From contig CAYLYH010000008.1 of NCBI GenBank assembly GCA_964388155.1, forward strand, positions 258-64,257: a DNA stretch of 64,000 bases, in the 5' to 3' direction. The notes below the pieces were generated by a model, which was given only the letters and a program-made list of their open reading frames with translations, was not told the DNA's origin and made no database searches. Both the position numbers and the translations under genes were made by a program. Below, piece after piece: positions 62,016 to 64,000 of the stretch. The stretch is from an uncultured bacterium (GTDB lineage Bacteria; Fidelibacterota; Marinisomatia; Marinisomatales; JACNKV01). Positions within the stretch are counted from its first letter, which is position 1; each line of letters opens with the position of its first letter.

Positions 62016-63026
62016 TTGAAGGTTCTTGTCATAAAATTCAGCTCAATTGGCGATATCATTCTATCGACATCTCCGCTAAGTTCTTTACGTCAAAGGTATC
62101 CAAATAGTCATATCCATTTTTTAACTCTGGAAACATACGCACCCTTATTAGAGGGACATCCGGATATTAATTGTTTATTTGTTTTAAATAAATCTGCCGG
62201 ATATCGTGAGATAAAACGAATCGGAAAATATTTTAGTACACAAAACTACGATTTAGTTATCGATCTGCATAATACGCTTCGGGCAAAGGTTGTTCGGTTG
62301 CAGTTTCCCAAAGCTCAAGTCCGAGTATTAAAAAAACCCCGCTGGAAACGGTTTAAACTTTTTTACTTCCATCGCAACGACTTTGATCAGCAATTCTCAC
62401 AAATTAGACTTTTGCATGAACCCATTAAAGATTTGTTGGATCAGCACACGGAATTTCCTCTGCCGACGTTGTATATTTCAAAGGCAGAGAAGGAGCAATT
62501 AGGTGAGTTTTTAACAACTGAAGGTATAAAACAAAGATATATTGTGCTTATCCCGGGTGCAGCGTGGCCTCAAAAACAATGGATGACTGAAAATTATTCA
62601 AAATTGATACAAAAATTAGTGATGAGTAATATTGATGTCGTAATACTGGGAGGTGGGCAAGATAAGGTATGCGAGGAGTTATCAAATTCAAATCCTGAAG
62701 TATTAGATTTACACGGAAAAACAGATTTGCGTGAGTCGCTGGCAATTGTGGCACAGGCTGGATGTGTTATCGGGAGTGATACCGGATTATTATACGGTGC
62801 AGAAGCATTGAATATCCCTGTGGTCATGATGGCAGGACCTACATCTCGTGAAACAGGCGCGGGATCGTTACTCAAGGAATCAGTTACGCTGGAAAATAAC
62901 GACCTGTGGTGCAGACCATGTTCCCAAAACGGTAGCAGAAAATGTTATCGAAAAGAACAGTATTGTATGACGGGCATTACCGTCGAATCAGTGTGGCATG
63001 AAGTCAAAAGGAGTATGGGATTATGA
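62016..63026 (+). CDS. Glycosyltransferase family 9 (LPS heptosyltransferase-like)
   Basis: FSSIGDII, DLHN, PGAAWPQKQW, GSDTG, CRPCS. Confidence 0.92.
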   Translation: MKVLVIKFSSIGDIILSTSPLSSLRQRYPNSHIHFLTLETYAPLLEGHPDINCLFVLNKSAGYREIKRIGKYFSTQNYDLVIDLHNTLRAKVVRLQFPKAQVRVLKKPRWKRFKLFYFHRNDFDQQFSQIRLLHEPIKDLLDQHTEFPLPTLYISKAEKEQLGEFLTTEGIKQRYIVLIPGAAWPQKQWMTENYSKLIQKLVMSNIDVVILGGGQDKVCEELSNSNPEVLDLHGKTDLRESLAIVAQAGCVIGSDTGLLYGAEALNIPVVMMAGPTSRETGAGSLLKESVTLENNDLWCRPCSQNGSRKCYRKEQYCMTGITVESVWHEVKRSMGL

Positions 63027-64000
63027 CATTCTTCTGGGTTCTGTTTTACAATTTCATTCTTTATCCGTTTATGTTTATCACGGTGTCAATTTGGGCCGTC
63101 TTCAATAAAAAATTGAAAGAAGGATTAAGAGGGCGCTTTCGGTCTATTGAGAAGCTGAGAGCGTTTTTTTCATCTGTTGACCGCAAAAGACCTGTGTATT
63201 GGTTTCATGCTGCATCCCACGGGGAGTATGAGCAAGTTCATCCAGTTGTCGCCGGATTAAAAGACGTCGAACCACATTGTGTGGTTGTTGTCTCCTTTTT
63301 CTCCCCTTCCGGTTTCAATAATGTTCACGATAAAAACATCGATTGTAAAATCTACCTTCCATTTGATTTTATATGGTCAGTTCGTCGGGCGATAAAAATT
63401 GTACGTCCTAAAAAAATCATCTTTGCCGCGTATGACATTTGGCCTAATCTCATTTGGATTGCTAAATACAGAAATATTCCGACAACGATATTTGCAGCGC
63501 ACTTTACAAAAGGAACAAAAAAACTCACCCCTGGGATACAGAGTTTTTATCGATCGGTTTATCATGCTTTTTCTGCAATTTACACGGTTGCAGATAAAGA
63601 TTATCTCTGCGTACAGCAAATTGTTTCGCCAAATAAGTCCCCGGTGATTCGCGTTTTGGGCAATCCAAGATATGATCAGGTAAAAAATAAAGCAGATCAG
63701 TTTACTAAAAAACATACTATCTCAGTTCTGCTCCGCGAAAAAAGAATCATTGTGGGTAGTGTTTGGCCGGAAGACGAAGCAGTTATTTCTGAATCTATCA
63801 TACGGTTGATGAAAGAGGATGATGAGGTGTTTCTTCTTTGGGTTCCGCATGAGCCGTCGGAGGAGTATGTGAATCAATCGGTAGAAAAATTTACCGATGC
63901 CGGATTCAGTACGCATATACTTCGGTCAAAGAAACATCTTAAGGTCAACCGTGCACGTGTTACAATTGTTGGGACAGTCGGCGTTTTATCAAAATTATAT
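63023..64000 (+). CDS. waaA: 3-deoxy-D-manno-octulosonic acid transferase (3' end truncated; absent from ORF track)
   Basis: Own translation from ATG 63023: MTFFWVLFYNF...WFHAASHGEYEQ...SFFSPSG...YLPFD...GNPRYD...GSVWPEDE...VPHEP. Confidence 0.9.
   Translation, partial: MTFFWVLFYNFILYPFMFITVSIWAVFNKKLKEGLRGRFRSIEKLRAFFSSVDRKRPVYWFHAASHGEYEQVHPVVAGLKDVEPHCVVVVSFFSPSGFNNVHDKNIDCKIYLPFDFIWSVRRAIKIVRPKKIIFAAYDIWPNLIWIAKYRNIPTTIFAAHFTKGTKKLTPGIQSFYRSVYHAFSAIYTVADKDYLCVQQIVSPNKSPVIRVLGNPRYDQVKNKADQFTKKHTISVLLREKRIIVGSVWPEDEAVISESIIRLMKEDDEVFLLWVPHEPSEEYVNQSVEKFTDAGFSTHILRSKKHLKVNRARVTIVGTVGVLSKLY

Overview
A gene-dense chromosomal window of a diderm bacterium, mostly housekeeping genes. Gene order (parAB-M23-bactofilin-atp, yicC-gmk-rpoZ-udg-dnaB, batA-E, waaA) and protein style suggest the FCB superphylum, possibly Ca. 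Marinimicrobia; this is inference, not tested. Core content: guaB, rpsT, tdh/kbl, parAB, a complete F0F1 ATP synthase operon, aspS, phoH, thiolase-hbd-acyl-CoA dehydrogenase-ilvE-nusB-secA, tRNA-Leu(TAG), rodZ, a Crp/Fnr regulator, meaB, tatC, yicC-gmk-rpoZ-udg-dnaB-relA-ruvX-lnt, ecfT-truA-htrA-psd-pssA, tatA, batABCDE, a SPOR protein, polyprenyl synthase, GT9 and a partial waaA. Two small accessory patches exist: 17.4-19.9 kb (MITE-like element, His-rich membrane proteins, acr3) and 33.1-38.0 kb after tRNA-Leu, ending in an ISL3 remnant. No CRISPR array, rRNA, integrase or intact transposase is visible. The most unusual signal is non-coding. More than a dozen gene junctions inside conserved operons carry degenerate 6-9 bp tandem-repeat tracts. 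Several families of 15-40 bp palindromic mini-elements have inserted into these tracts, in one case nested three levels deep, with filled (60.4 kb) and empty (26.3 kb) alleles both in the window. The ATP synthase c-subunit is also atypical, with a second Glu in the outer helix.
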